Assembly: GCA_951406725.2 (NCBI GenBank)
Contig: OX597840.1
Location: forward strand, 38,068,001 to 38,132,000
Reading direction: 5' to 3'
Length of the DNA stretch: 64,000 nt
From: Octopus vulgaris
Taxonomy: Eukaryota
Both the position numbers and the translations under genes were made by a program. Below the pieces are notes generated by a model, which ran no database searches, was not told the origin of the DNA, and worked only from the letters and a program-made list of their open reading frames with translations. This document shows positions 1 through 14,559 of the stretch, piece after piece (position 1 is the first letter of the stretch; each line of letters starts with the position of its first letter).

Positions 1-273
1 TCTCTGTTAATCTATTGACAAGTCAGCTTACAATTTCTTAAACAAGCAACCAAAACATACAAAGAAATCCATGTGATTTTAATAAATCTAACAAAATTAC
101 CAGTCGGAATATAATCATATTTTCTGAAAGTGAAATTTTGAATGGATGGGTGGATGGGCGGTAACGAGGGTGATGTGTACGTGTGCTGGTGGGTGGGTCT
201 GTGTGTACTAATTAGTAGTGATTAGTAAATGTATATCTGTTGCTACGTTAATCAGATTGTGTATTCAACATAT

Positions 274-794
274 TCTCTATATATAAACGGCAGTTTGTCT
301 GTCTGTGTGTCTGTGTGTCTGTCAGGTTGTACCCTCAACCTAACCACGGCTTTCAACCGATTCTGATGAAACTTCACACACACATAGCCCAATGTCAGAA
401 TTCAAAACTATCGCAGCGAAAATTTTGAAAAGTCTCCCCAGTTCTGAAAATAATCGATAAATTCGACATGGGGTCGAGAATCTAAGCTTTTTATTTGCAA
501 CACATTTTCTGTTGTAGTTTTCGCAACTTGCAATCGATTTTCACCAAACTCATGGTGATGCTTAAGGTTACCCTAAGAAACCTAATTCTGACATTAGTTT
601 TCCACGCAATACCTTACCATCAGAAAAAATCGATAAAATCACGCCATTTTGGGAAATCGCGTTCAAATTCAAGATGACATATTTTCCACATTATCATTCA
701 CAAATTGGCAGGAATTTTTTTAAAATTCACAGCAAGCATCATGTCTTCTCCAGGGGCTCTTACATACCCGGGCAATGCCGGGCTATGCTGCTAG
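274..794 (+). mobile_element. Non-autonomous Helitron
   Basis: 5' TC(TC)TATATATAAA start followed by a (GTCT/GT) microsatellite. The 3' end has a GC hairpin CCCGGGCAATGCCGGG (767-782), then CTAG (791-794) followed by T. No TIRs or TSD. Confidence 0.8.
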
Positions 795-887
795 TATCAA
801 ATAATAATTTTAAATACTTATCACGTATATAAACTTTGAAATGTTCATATATGTGCCTTTTTTTCATATAAACTCTCATATAGTGAA

Positions 888-959
888 GTGAGCTGGCAGA
901 ATACTCAGCATTTCAGACAAAATACTTAGCGGCATTTCTTCATATTTTACGTTTTGAGT
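888..959 (+). mobile_element. SINE family B, decayed tRNA-like head fragment
   Basis: GTGAGCTGGCAGAA...AAAATACTTAGCGGCATTTC...TACGTTTTGAGT aligns to the head of the intact B copies (e.g. 50395-50480). Confidence 0.6.
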
Positions 960-1629
960 CCGTAACATATGTACTATTTCAGAACTGAGTCTATATGTAA
1001 ACCCTTTTTACCCCTCTTTCGGCGTTACTGCCATCGTAGAAAGACATCGGAACCAATATTAGCTCGAGGTTATAGTAGCAGCTGTCGTTGATCTTATTAA
1101 AGTCCAGTTATATGCAAGACTATTTACATTTTGGCCGACATTCTTGCTGATAATTGGAGACATTTAATATGAAATATATTAGTGTTTTTGCTGATTAGTA
1201 ACATATGGGCCCTAACGGAAAACAAGCCTGTGATCTACGGCATCACAGGTATAACTAAACAGTCGGTTTCAGAAGTAATTATCTGACAGATAATTTAATG
1301 CAAAAGAGAATAGATTTAATATTTATTGCAATATAGCATCAATATTCGGCGCTCAGACAATTAGAGAGAAAGACCGTCATGATAATGTTTTTGTTCGTGT
1401 AATGTAGCCCTGGACGAGCCAGGAGCTAAAGAACCTGGTTTCTAGGATGAATAGAAGAAAACCTAGAGTCTGATTGTTTGTCGCAAATAAAAGAAAATGC
1501 GGTCGGATGCTTAAAAATGTAAGCACCATGATTCTTCAGACTCTAGTACCTTATTAGGAAACCTGAAAGAATGTCAAAACGTGTTTGTGTTTGTGTGTGT
1601 GTGTGTGTGTGCGGGTTTCTGTGTACTAA

Positions 1630-2016
1630 TCTTTATATATAAAAGTGAAGTTGTGTGTCTGTCTCCTACGATTTAGATACCTAACTACTCGCACACTTTG
1701 CGGTGCAGTTTAACCAAAACCGGGTATTTTATAGTCGTGATTCATATGGAGCCCTTCTGGGTATTAGCGCGCGTCTACGATGAGTCTACGATTTAAAAAA
1801 AAATTACCATCATTTTTTCCATTTTAATGCATTTCTTTCGCTATTATATAAGGGAAGTAACTCTCTAAAAATGTCTACGATTAGTCATCGATTTAAAAAA
1901 AAAATTACCATAATTTATTTTCCATTTTTAATGCATTTTTTTGCTACTTTTTGGCTATAACTCTCTAAAAATGCTTATATAGTTATTTCCCTTACAAACC
2001 CGAGCGATATTAATAG
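1630..2016 (+). mobile_element. Non-autonomous Helitron with an internal ~100 bp tandem duplication and a damaged 3' hairpin
   Basis: A|TCTTTATATATAAAAG start. The unit GTCTACGAT..GATTTAAAAAAAAATTACCAT..AACTCTCTAAAAATG occurs twice. It ends CCCGAGCGATATTAATAG|T. Removing it restores the sequence seen uninterrupted at 203-270 (A|T insertion, no TSD). Confidence 0.75.
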
Positions 2017-2362
2017 TTAGTACTAATTAGTAAATATGTATCTGTTGCTACGTTAATCAAACTGTATATTCAACGCATCTATTCGTGATCCGAATGCCAA
2101 AGTTTGAATCGAATAACTTGAAAGAATATTGTGTAGGTTCTTGAGTTCGGTTCACGCGGGAAAATATTCTGAAATAGTTCAAACGTTCTCTTGTTAACTA
2201 TTAAGTGAGAATCATGAAATAATGCTAAACTAGAAAACAAAATAAATTTTTAAAATAGAGAAAATAAATGTTACTAATTATTCATTCGATTGAAAATGTG
2301 CATTAGATGGAACTTGAAAATATAAATTTAAAAGAAATTACTTAATTTTACGCACACACGTG

Positions 2363-2750
2363 GGAAGGAAGCATTCCGTCGGTTACGACAACGAGGGTTC
2401 CGGTTGATCCGAATCAACGGAACAGCCTGCTCGTGAAATTAACGTGTAAGTGGCTGAGCACTCCACAGGCACGTGTAACCTTAACGTAGTTCTCGGGGAT
2501 ATTCAACGTGACACAGAGAGTGACAAGGCCGGCCCTTTGAAATACAAGGTACAACAGAAACAGGAAGTAAGAGTGAGAGAAAGTTGTGGTGAAAGAGTAC
2601 AGCAGGGATCACCACCACCCATGCCAGAGCCTCGTGTATCTCTAGGTGTTTTCGCTCAATAAACACTCACAACGCCCGGACTGGGAATCGAAACCGCGAT
2701 CCTATGACCGCGAGTCCGCTGCCCTAACCACTGGGCCATTGCTCCTCCAC
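2363..2750 (-). mobile_element. tRNA-derived SINE family A, full length
   Basis: Reverse complement of 7758-8139, with A box TGGCCCAGTGG and B-box-like GGTTTCGATTCCC. Confidence 0.92.
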
Positions 2751-2825
2751 TATATCCTTGCGAACATTCCGAAGTCTGACCTTTGGTATACATGTGTACC
2801 TGTAGGGCAATGTCAATTTGATGCA

Positions 2826-3060
2826 GAGTGTAAAGGTCCTTGAACCATGTAGACTCATAAGGGCCAGTTTGGCGTTTTTCATGGCGTGGACGGGACGCTG
2901 GCCCGTAAATAGATAACATATCTTTACCAGCCAAGTGGACGGGAGCAACGTGAAATGATGTGTTTTGCTCAAAAATAGAATGCGTCACACAGTCCAGGAA
3001 TTAAAACCACAATCATACGATCATTAGTCCGACACTGCTAACCACTTAGCTACACGCCAC
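2826..3060 (-). mobile_element. Old tRNA-derived SINE (CORE/V-SINE-like body)
   Basis: Minus strand reads TAGCTAAGTGG (A box), GGTTTTAATTCC (decayed B box), then TTGAGCAAAACACATCATTTCACGTTGCTCC, which is shared with 11540-11830 and 50010-50060. Confidence 0.6.
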
Positions 3061-3635
3061 TACGATGCAGAGAGCAAGCTTATATGCAAACCATCTGTGT
3101 GGTTGTTCAGCAAGAAACTGCAAAACGCAGGAATACTGTGAAACCAGCTTAGAAAATCAGGTAAACACCTATTAGAAGAAACAAAAAAAAATGTGTGGTG
3201 GGGTGCGATCAATTCTCCGAGGGAAATCAAGGGCTGGACCTCTTAGAAACCGGATCAGTACTCTGAACCATTACGCCAATATTCCTCCTGACACCGGACT
3301 CTACCATTTGATAATGCTAAGTAATACCTTTCTAAATATGAACGTATTTTTCAAATTTATTAGTACTAAGTGTGTCTGCATTCCTCATAAACAAAGGAGT
3401 TCGCAAATGCAGGGAGGCTGTGAAGAAAGCTTAGAAAATTGTGAAAATAACTGTTAAAACGCGGAAAAAATAGGCACAAAGACTCCAGAGGGCGTCGAAC
3501 CATGCACCACTGAGATTCCGCCAGAGCATGTACATATAACATAATATAATGTAGTGTAATATACAAACTATATATATTATATAATATGATACAACATATC
3601 ACACACACACACACATATATATATATATAGTTATG

Positions 3636-3697
<62 letters not shown>

Positions 3698-4159
3698 ATG
3701 TATATATCCATACATACATGCATATATTGGTATGTATGCGTGAGCGTATCATCTATGTCTGTATATATGTAGCCTTTACATCAAATGACAGACAGTTCGC
3801 TGTGTATACCAACTTTCCTATAAATGGGATGTACGTCGTAATCTATACACTGTAAATATTTTTTTAAATGTATAAAAGTCGTTTTTGTTCTTTTTTATTG
3901 GAGTTAGGTTTTTACGTTTAGGTCCAGTTCATTGTAACGTATTTTAAAACATTGATAAAACATAAAACTCTCCGTATAATTAAATATTGTGTACATTCAC
4001 CTTTTTGATACCACATTGAAATAATTACATTATAATTAATATAGATAATTAAATACACTAATTCACACCCACGCACAACAATGCGTATACAGACGTATCA
4101 TACACATTCACGCACGCATATGTTATGTATATATATACATATATGTATATATATATATC

Positions 4160-4532
4160 TCTTTACTCTTTTTTACTCTTTTACTTGTTTCAGTCATTTG
4201 ACTGCGGCCATGCTGGAGCACCACCTTTTAGTACTTATTCTATCGGTCTCTTTTTGCCGAACCGCTAAGTGACGGGGACCTAAACACACCAGCATCGGTT
4301 GTCAAGCAATGCTAGAGGGACAAACACAGACACACAAACACACGCATAGATATATATATACATATATACGACAGGCTTCTTTCAGTTTCCGTCTACCAAA
4401 TCCACTCACAAGGCATTGGTCGGCCCGGGGCTATAGCAGAAGACACTTGCCCAAGATGCCACGCAGTGGGACTGAACCAGCAACCGTGTGGTTGGTTAGC
4501 AAGCTACTTACCACACAGACACTCCTGCGCCT
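4160..4532 (-). mobile_element. tRNA-derived SINE family C with internal (TA)/(TG) microsatellite and (AGTAAAAG)n tail
   Basis: Reverse complement of 19656-20060 with an internal deletion. Confidence 0.92.
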
Positions 4533-4541
4533 ATATATATA

Positions 4542-4584
<43 letters not shown>

Positions 4585-4623
4585 GGGTGTGTGTGTGTGT
4601 ATATATGTCATGTGTATATGTGT

Positions 4624-4680
<57 letters not shown>

Positions 4681-4924
4681 CGGTGCAGAATGTCAGAAAG
4701 AGAACGAGAGTATAAAAAGAGGAATAGGGAGAGACCTATGCGAGGTTAATTATTAAATATTAGGCTCATGCCATATCCACAACGACTAAAGTGATAACCA
4801 AACCGCAAACACCTCAGCGTGTTACTTATTCACAATTTTAATTAAAAGAGACTCAGGTGAATCACTCCATTTCAAAGGCAAATGCGCACGCCAGCGTGTG
4901 TACGTGTGTGTATATGTATTTGCG

Positions 4925-4954
4925 TATATATATACATACACACACATATGTATA

Positions 4955-4989
<35 letters not shown>

Positions 4990-5018
4990 GTATGTATATA
5001 TATATATACATATGTATA

Positions 5019-5093
<75 letters not shown>

Positions 5094-5096
5094 GTA

Positions 5097-5146
<50 letters not shown>

Positions 5147-5225
5147 AATATGTATATATGTATATATATATATATACATACATATATATATATATATGTT
5201 TATATGTATGTATATGTACATATAT
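4925..5225. repeat. Long imperfect (TA)n microsatellite, one of dozens in the window
   Basis: Direct inspection. It is the source of the YIYIYI ORFs. Confidence 0.95.
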
Positions 5226-5702
5226 GAATTGTCATTCTTACTGTGTTTGGTTGACTAAAGTATTGTTTAATGTTCGACTTTATTAATTACGGATATATAT
5301 ATACATATATCATTAATTAGATGTCTCCTCTCCATTAAATTATATACGTGTGCTGTGCCTTCTGCCCTGATATTAGCCTTGTAATCAAGCCTTGTCAGTA
5401 CATCTGTTAGTTTCGCTAATAAAGAATTCTAAATTAATATCTTTAATAACGAAGTTACTGAATTTTCTCTTTAATCTTTTATTCGTTTCAGTGATTGAAT
5501 TGCTGCTATCCGGGGACACTACCTCGAAAGGTTTCGTGGAACAAACCAATCCGTTCTGTGCCAACCTCCTTTGCGAAACACATAATGTATGAGGCGTTAA
5601 CTTTCCACAACATGCTGGGATTCCAACCACTGATGGGAGGCAAACGCAAGCAAAAAGCACACAAAAGGTACATCCATATATGTATATATATATATGAATA
5701 TT

Positions 5703-6202
<500 letters not shown>

Positions 6203-7317
6203 ATGAATATATATATATATACACATATATAAAACGTTTTTTGTGTGTGTACCTCAATAACTTTTGCATCTTTTCTCCAATTTCTAAAAATAATTATACA
6301 CACCTGTTTCATATCGCAGCCCCAGAACTTAGGTTACGTACAATTTAAAGAAATCGATATTGGAACCTTTAAAGCGATGGGAAACCGACAATAGATAATT
6401 CCTATTCTTTTGAATTAATCTGCTGTATGTTCTTCCATATTTTTAAAATCTCAATAATACTAAAATCTAGATGTTTGATTGTTCCCGAAATATCTCAGAA
6501 ATCGTATATTTTATCCATTTTTTTTACATATTTGTTTTCATACTTCCTTTCTGCAGTGCACCACGTGGAGTTATATTTAAAACAATAGGTAGCAAAGGTA
6601 TTATCACCATTTGGATTTTAGGAACCTCTGCCGAAATGGTAAAGGTGGTAGAAAGCACTGCTATCGAGATGCTATCGCCAGCGACTCGGTACATAAGAGA
6701 CGAGATTTTGGTGTTCTGGTGTAGGATTGCGAATGCATAGAATTAAATTTAAGGTCCATTACGACTGAATGATAAATCTTACTCTTCGTGAATGAGGGAA
6801 ACTGAAGAATACAGCGATTATTCTGTAAGTAAACACGAAAGTTCTCTGTTTTGTTTTGATTCCTAGAGTGCTTAGATTTTCTGAAGAAATGGAAAACAAA
6901 TCTCCATTAATTTCCTCCAGATTGTGTCTTTAATGAAATGCGTCACTTCATTATATAATGTTTAATTAATATGTCAATTAATAGATCATGCAAACAATTT
7001 CTAAGTACCATGAAATTGTGTTAAACATGAACACCCCCGGCGAGAACTTTAAAGATCTCTGTAAGAAGTAAATATAATGAGTGAATGTATAAAGGATAAA
7101 TTATAATCCGAGTTCTCTACAACCTCTTTGTGATTATTAAATTTCGCATTCGAATCTCTAATCCTGCCTCATATGATAAAGAAATGGTTATCTCACTTGT
7201 TATCTCACTGCGAAAAGCTTGTCTAATAATTGTCGTTGCTGTCTTTATAGTGTTTTCATGCACGTACAAGATGTTTTGCTTTGTTTATTAAACCAGCTCA
7301 GCCGTACAAGAATATAT

Positions 7318-7545
7318 CTATTTCTTTACTACCCACAAGGGGCTAAACACAGAGAGGACAAACAAGGACATACAAACGGATTAAGCCGATTACATCGACC
7401 CCAGTGCGTAACTGGTAATTAATTTATCGACCCCGAAAGGATGAAACGCAAAGTCGACCTCGGCGGAATTTGAACTCAGAACGTAACGGCAGACGAAGTA
7501 CGGCTACGCATTTCGCACGGCGTGCTAACGTTTCTGCCATCTCAG
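7318..7545 (-). mobile_element. SINE family B monomer
   Basis: Contains GAGTTCAAATTCC (B box) and the central GTCGACTTTGC.TTTCATCCTTTCGGGGTCGATAAATTAA.TACCAG block. Flanking direct repeat CTCAGCCGTACA(A/G)GAAT at 7297-7313 and 7541-7557 is a probable TSD. Confidence 0.9.
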
Positions 7546-7757
7546 CCGTACAGGAATTATATGTGTTCTAACCATGAACAGGTGGTCCCCATTCTTTTTC
7601 AAAAGTCTTTCTTTTCCAACCTATTTTCAGCTATCAAAATTTTCTTATGACTATCCCGAGAAACCTCAAATAAAAGACGGATTTTGGTGTCAACAATTAA
7701 CATTCATGCTGTGATTCCTCAATGATCAACGTGAGAGAAAACATAAGAGAAAAGAAG

Positions 7758-8139
7758 TGGAGGCGCAATGGCCCAGTGGTTAGGGCAGCGGACTCGCGGT
7801 CATAGGATCGCGGTTTCGATTCCCGACCGGGCGTTGTGAGTGTTTATTGAGCGAAAACACCTAAAGCTCCACGAGGCTCCGGCAGGGGATGGTGGTGATC
7901 CCTGCTGTACTCTTTCACCACAACTTTCTCTCACTCTTACTTCCTGTTTCTGTTGTACCTGTATTTCAAAGGGCCGGCCTTGTCACTCTCTGTGTCACGC
8001 TGAATATCCCCGAGAACTACGTTAAGGGTACACGTGTCTGTGGAGTGCTCAGCCACTTACACGTTAATTTCACGAGCAGGCTGTTCCGTTGATTCGGATC
8101 AACCGGAAACCTCGTCGTCGTAACCGACGGAGTGCTTCC
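7758..8139 (+). mobile_element. tRNA-derived SINE family A, full length (possibly tRNA-Arg-derived)
   Basis: GGAGGCGCAATGGCCCAGTGGTTAGGGCAGCGGACTCGCGGTC..GGTTTCGATTCCC head. TSD AAGAGAAAAGAA at 7745-7756 and 8140-8151. Five copies in the window. Confidence 0.93.
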
Positions 8140-8546
8140 AAGAGAAAAGAAAGAAAATGAACGGAAGTAAGAGAAGGACGAAATACATTTTGAATGCATT
8201 ACTTAAATCTTATAAACATCAACCTGAAAGGTATTTTTAGCCAGCACCTCTACACTGTCATGAAGGTAACATTAAAGGTAAAATCTGAAATAAGTTACTT
8301 GGATGTGTATTTCTATTCTGCCATATCACGGAATCCTTTTAGTAAAGCATTGGTTGGCTCATCTTTTGTTTTTTGATACTCTCAAGTTTTCAAGATTCTA
8401 AAACCTTTCTGTGTCACCCAGACTTTGCTTCTTTCGGGATTCATAACCAAGGAACTATTCTCGAACTCGGGTCTATTTTCCTCCCTTCTTCTATTATTCC
8501 AGTGTCTATCTCTATGTTTCTCATATTTACTCTCTCCCACTTTCTC

Positions 8547-8613
<67 letters not shown>

Positions 8614-9059
8614 CTATCTATCTATCTATCTCACACACACACATACGCACGCATATATACACAGACAGACACACTCCTTCTGGAGTGTCTTCATTATTCA
8701 AAGATCTCCGGTTTAGTGGCATGTGACACGCTGTCAGGGTCTAAGTATTCTATTATGGTACCTATCAGCGTGAAATGCCCAACCGCCGTTGATCGACTAA
8801 CAACTGAACAGTCAAAGATTAACTAAGGAATTATCATTTTATGGATTAAGCCAAGAGATAATACAACTGGGGATATACTCTGACACCAACTTCAAGATGA
8901 TATCAGCTACATACAACTCAAATATATCTATACAAATATTTATTTTAGTTCTCGAAAATAATTTGAGAAACAGTGAGGGTTATGAAAAGGACAGAATATA
9001 ACCATAGAAGACATCACTGTTGTTTTAAATCGGTGTTCATAGAACACCAGACTCAGGAA

Positions 9060-9195
9060 CCTTGCTTATTCGCACAGTTTCGTTTACCGAATTTCACAAA
9101 ATTTTGAGCTGTCGCCTAAATTGACGAATATCGAGATCGAAACTAGAAGCACATGTTTCCAAATTGCATTTCTTCACCATGGATCCATGCACGCA
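9060..9195 (-). mobile_element. Highly decayed SINE family C 5' half
   Basis: CAGTTTCGTTTACCGAATTTCACAAA resembles CAGTTTCCGTCTACCAAATCCACTCACAA of family C. Confidence 0.4.
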
Positions 9196-9835
9196 ATAAT
9201 TCTCAGTGAATAAATGTAAACAAAGAAATATAATTGGGATGAAAAATGGAATAGCATATTCCAAAAGAAGAAGAATCCATCACACAAAAAGAACCTTAAA
9301 TACCAATTCCATTGCAGTCATCTGCAGATTATATTTAAGAGAAGAGAAACGTGTTCCTCATCAGACAATTGATATAGCCGTAGCAGCTGCAACAGCAGCA
9401 GCAGTAGCAGCAGTAGTAGCAGTAGTAGTAGTAGTAACAACAACAGCAATAAGAGGTGAAGAAGTGGAAGAAGCTTGATTGTGATAATGGATTTGGCAAA
9501 TAATCAAATATCTATATAAGAGCGAACTTCTGTTGCAGACATTTTGAAAAATAAAAATGTTAAGACATAAATATTATATCAGAATAATTTGAGATGATGT
9601 TTCAAATTCATGTTGGCAGTTCAGAAGCAAATAGTGTAATAGCAATAAATATTAAATACCGTCTGATTTATAACTTATTTGTAAAACAACATGAAGAAGA
9701 AACAAAAACAGAGAAGAAAACACGCATACACTCGTGCATACATATACATATATATATACATATATATATACATGTATGCGTGTTGTGTGAAAATACATAC
9801 ACTCGTACAGATATATGCAAACAAACATACGTACA

Positions 9836-9876
<41 letters not shown>

Positions 9877-9895
9877 GAGTGTGTATCTGTGTATG

Positions 9896-9931
<36 letters not shown>

Positions 9932-9967
9932 ACTATATACATATATATATATGTATATGTAACTTAG

Positions 9968-10001
<34 letters not shown>

Positions 10002-11539
10002 ATGTATGTATATAAATATATGAGTGTGTGTATGTGTGTATAAACGATACATAAATTATTTGATTTATATCTAGTTGAAAACAACACTGTTCCATTATAT
10101 TCCTGCCGTGTGTGTAAGACGTAGAGTAATATTTGTTACAATGAATTATTTCAATGTCGTTTAACAAGAACTTTGAGTTTTGTGTTATGATAATTACCTC
10201 ATTATATTGGACACCGTTTGGAATATTTAAGACCCGCATCAGAATTTTGGCTTGTTCATATATAATGTCTGTCCATATATAATGTAATACAATTATCAGG
10301 ACAGATAATATTAACACGCTATATTTTCCAAAGATACAAAGCGAGATAAGGAATTTGGTGATTTGTCAGAAAGAAAGACTTGTATATTGTCTTAATATCT
10401 TACAGTATTATGCATACATCTTTATATATGTGCTGAATTATTAAGCAAGCTGAGGTCAGTATTATCTTTCTTTCCTTTAGATTAGCAAGAACCAAAGTAA
10501 TGAGATAGCTTCAGTGGAATATAATAAATACTTTCATTTATTTGTTATGTATTTTTATTCCTGATTCTGAAGCAAATTAACAAGTCTCTGTTACCGAATT
10601 GATGTATTTCTTCGAGATCGCATTCTTCTTAAGCGTGGTTGCCGGCTTCCGAGCTAAATGTCGACGATGAATAAGTCGACAATTGACCACACAGATACAC
10701 TTTTGTTCGGCCTTTATTTTTGTTTGTTTTTTTCTACATCTTATATAGCTGTTTATAATGTGTCAGTGTTATCGATGTGGTTGTCAGAGAAAAGCAACAC
10801 CGTATCGAATCACTTGCTCCACCCACCCTGTTACCAATTCGCATATTATTTATTCCGTGTTGGGTGTACATGATTACAATGGAGTCAGGAGTAATTCACT
10901 CCAAGAGGAACACATGACCATCCAGTCAGAATCCTTGCTAATTGCGACAAATGGAACCACGAGCCATGACTGATTAATAAGTGGTGCCAGGAGCAATCCT
11001 AATAAATCAGTATCAGTTCTTTAGAGTTTGAGAAGGGTTTATAGAGAAGTAATTCCATGACTGTTTCTTTCTTTCATTGGCCAAAAATGTCAATTATTAA
11101 ATGCATTAAGAACGAATCCATTGACGGCTATAAGCGGGCAAGACCAATGCTTTGAACAATGTGGTTCATTCCGCCTGGAGTTTGACGGCGATGAAGGAAG
11201 GGCAGTGCCAGAGAATGCCTTTATTACTTGTAATATATATTGCTGTCGGATCCTCCTATGCTGCTCAAATCTAATTTGACTAGATTGGGAAATATTTCAG
11301 TTACTTTATTGTATAAGACGACTTCTGACGGCCACGATGATCCTCTGCTACGAACACATAATAATCATATGCTGTAAACGACATGAACTGCTTATGAGAC
11401 GCTCAGAGACTCGTGTAAAGAATTCAGTATAGAGTTGAGCCCATTCAGCGAGCATGCATCTGTATATACGTAAACACTCATACGCATGGGACACACACAA
11501 ACACATACGCACACACACATGTAGGGCTACGCAAATGTG

Positions 11540-11830
11540 AAGGCGCATGGCTCAGTGGTCAGAGCGTCGGGGTAACGATCATGAGGCAGTGGATTCGGTT
11601 CCCGGACCGGGATGTGTGTTGTGTTCTTTAGTAAAACACTGTGTTGCTCCTGTTCACTCAGCTGTAGAAAGGAGTTGCAACGTGACTGGTGCCTGTGCCT
11701 TTTCTCTGGATAACATCGGTGGAGAGGACGCGGAGATGTGTATGCATGACCGACTGCTGGTCTTCCTTAAACAACATTGCATGGACTTGTGCCTCGGAGG
11801 GAAGCAATTTTGACGCAATCCCATTCATTA
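11540..11830 (+). mobile_element. tRNA-derived SINE (CORE/Ceph-like body)
   Basis: GGCGCATGGCTCAGTGG A box, GGATTCGGTTCCC B box, then TTGTGTTCTTTAGTAAAACACT...GTTGCTCCTGTTCACTCAGCTG. Confidence 0.7.
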
Positions 11831-12384
11831 CCCTTTATACATATGTTCATATATAAATATATTAACTCACATATACACGTTCAAACATGTATTAATATAC
11901 CCCACAAAAATGTATTTGTTTATATATTTGTGGGGTGTAATGCACAAAGCTACGACAAGTTTGTGACTATACATATCGTAAACGTCATAACAGATACGGG
12001 ATAAACAAATGAGGATTCAAGTGTTGGCCCTACTGAACAACAACAGATAAATAAGTGTCAGCTACAAGAGGAAATTAAAATACTGCAAGAGAGATAGAGA
12101 GAAAGAAAGAAGGTAAGAGAGAGTGAGAGAGAAGTGTACACATGTAAAGATGTGGAAACGAAAGAGTATATAGGAGCCAGAGAATAACGTGGGAAGCAAC
12201 CTGACTTAGGGGGAAGCAAGAAAAAATTATAAGGTTTAGTCTATGAAGCAGAAATAAGATAAATTAGCGATGTCTTAGAGGAAGATACGAAGATATACAA
12301 CAAAGGAAATACTGACATACACGCAAAGCTAAATATACACAAAACCACACAGAAATTATATCATATGGAATTATAGATATCTCT

Positions 12385-12845
12385 AGGCGCAGGAGTAGCT
12401 GTTCGGTTAAGAAGCTCGCTTTGAAATCAAGCGGTTTCAGATTCATATCCACTGTACGGAACATAAGTGCCTTCTATTCCACCCGGAGGATTCAACCTTT
12501 TGGATGAATCTGGTAAGAGAAACTTGTGTGAAACCTTTCGTATTTATACATATGTGGGTGTATGTTATGGAAATAACAAAATTTGATAACGACAACGGGA
12601 AAATCTGCGGACAAACTAATTAATTACCAACGACATCTCTAAATTTTTGCCCTCCCCCCCCCCACTGACGCTTGGCAGCAAGTGTTCACATCCTTGTCGT
12701 CTAGTGGTACACCAATAAGAGAGTAGTATAAATGCCAGATTAAAAATTAAGTAGTGTGGTCAATTCGCTCGACAAATCCTTTCAAGATTATATCCCAGCA
12801 TGGCCGCAATTCACTCACTGAAACAAGTAAACGATAACATAATAA
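12385..12845 (+). mobile_element. Decayed SINE family C, interrupted at 12570-12650
   Basis: AGGCGCAGGAGTAGCTGT head and CCCAGCATGGCCGCAATTCACTCACTGAAACAAGTAAA tail. The insert is duplicated at about 12935-13010. Confidence 0.75.
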
Positions 12846-13309
12846 AATGCGAAATGAGCACATGGAATTCCTGGTAAAATTGGACACAAAGCACATTGCA
12901 CCAAATCATAAATTAAATTTAATAATTCTATGGAAAAAAAATAATTTTATAACCACAATGGGAAAATCTGCGAACAAGCTAATTAATTACCAATCTCATC
13001 GATAAATTTTATTATAAAAATGGAAGAAGTTCATGTTTGTAAATGCTTGATCGGTCACCGAACTAGGATACATTCCTACCGCCTGACTACTTTTATAAAC
13101 GAGTCTATTCTGTTTTGTGTCTTGTATTATTTAAATTTCTTGTTTTCTTTGAATACGATACAGAAACTGCATAGAAAAACCTTAACAGACGACAAAACCA
13201 TATTATTGTAAAGACTTAATGATTAGACAGATGGAGAAACCATCTAAAAAGAAAGTAAAGAAGACGGGATAAGGAATGAATTGAGTCGCCAATACGTGAC
13301 GTTGCGCAA

Positions 13310-13830
13310 AGGCAGGTGAACTGGAAAAATCGTTACCACACCGGGCAATATTATTAGCGGCTTAACACCTGTGTTTACATTCTTAGTTCGAATTCCACTC
13401 AGGTCGACATTGCCTTTCACCCTTCCAGGGTCAATAAACTTAGTAGCAGCTGAACACTGAGGTTGATGAAATCGAGTTACACCCTCGCCCGAAATTGATG
13501 AGGGTGTGGCAAAATTTTAAGTCAATATGGAATATCTTTTGAGCTTCAAATTTTCCCGAAGTCGACTTCGCCTTCCAGCCTCCAAGATTGGACAAATTAT
13601 GTACCAGAAATATACTGGGGTCCATCTAATCGACTGTAACTCTCCCCACGAAATCGCTGGCTTAGTGTCAATATTTGAAACCAATATATTTCTTTACTGC
13701 CCACAAGGGACTAAACATAGAGGGGACAAACAAGGACAGACGAAGGGATTAAGGCGATTACATCGACCGCAGTGTGAAACTGGTACTCTGTTTATCGACG
13801 CCGAAAGGCAAAGTCGACCTCGGTGGAATA
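13310..13830. mobile_element. Cluster of three SINE family B pieces (+ 13310-13520, + 13550-13685, - 13686-13830)
   Basis: Each piece carries the GTCGAC(A/T)T(T/C)GCCTT..A.CCT..GTC/AAT block or its reverse complement. Confidence 0.75.
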
Positions 13831-14197
13831 TTTAAAACCACTATATAATATCGAGCAACATTGTGTATGGTACATAATCCGCTGCTGTTCTTTGGAGTGA
13901 AAGAAATTTGATGCAACGATCCAGGACAAAATCCATGCAAAACAAAGGATGAGATTCAGAACCTCTAGAAACATTGCGGATAGGTTTGAGAACTTTACTG
14001 TTCAAAGCAAACCATAATGAAATTGATGTGGAAAATAAAAATATGTAAAACACTCTACTTATTAATTCCATATCATATGCGCACAAATACACACTCACAT
14101 ACGTATGCACATATATGTATATGTATATGTATACGTATATATATATATTCACCATATAATATTATATGGATTCATAAATAGGGACATGCAAATGTAC

Positions 14198-14254
<57 letters not shown>

Positions 14255-14287
14255 CATGTATAGGTATACATATGTTCACACACATAC

Positions 14288-14320
<33 letters not shown>

Positions 14321-14512
14321 GCTATACAACACATATAGGCATCTTTATGAGTGTGCATGTATGTATATGCGTGTGTGTATAATTGATTTTCAATGATTGT
14401 CTAATCTACATATGTAAATATAAATATTTGGTTAGAATATCGAATGACGATTTTCCCTGCTGACTATTATAGAATCGTATATTGCATATTTGGATCTAAA
14501 ATTATTTGCATA

Positions 14513-14559
<47 letters not shown>

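Noticed and set aside
362-375. CTGATGAAAC here and at about 25657 as hammerhead cores
   Set aside because: There is no stem II between CUGAUGA and GAAA and no pairing stem I.
2450-2843. Recurrent ORFs such as MFIERKHL.. and MFSLNKH..
   Set aside because: They recur because they lie inside SINE A copies, and frames are not preserved between copies.
6545-6596. Possible micro-exon (CTTCCTTTCTGCAG..AATAG|GTAGCA)
   Set aside because: Splice-like signals alone are common, the donor is weak and no neighbouring exons are supported.
7758-7832. tRNA gene call for the SINE heads
   Set aside because: A and B boxes are present but the acceptor stems are incomplete, and each head continues into a shared SINE body with TSDs.
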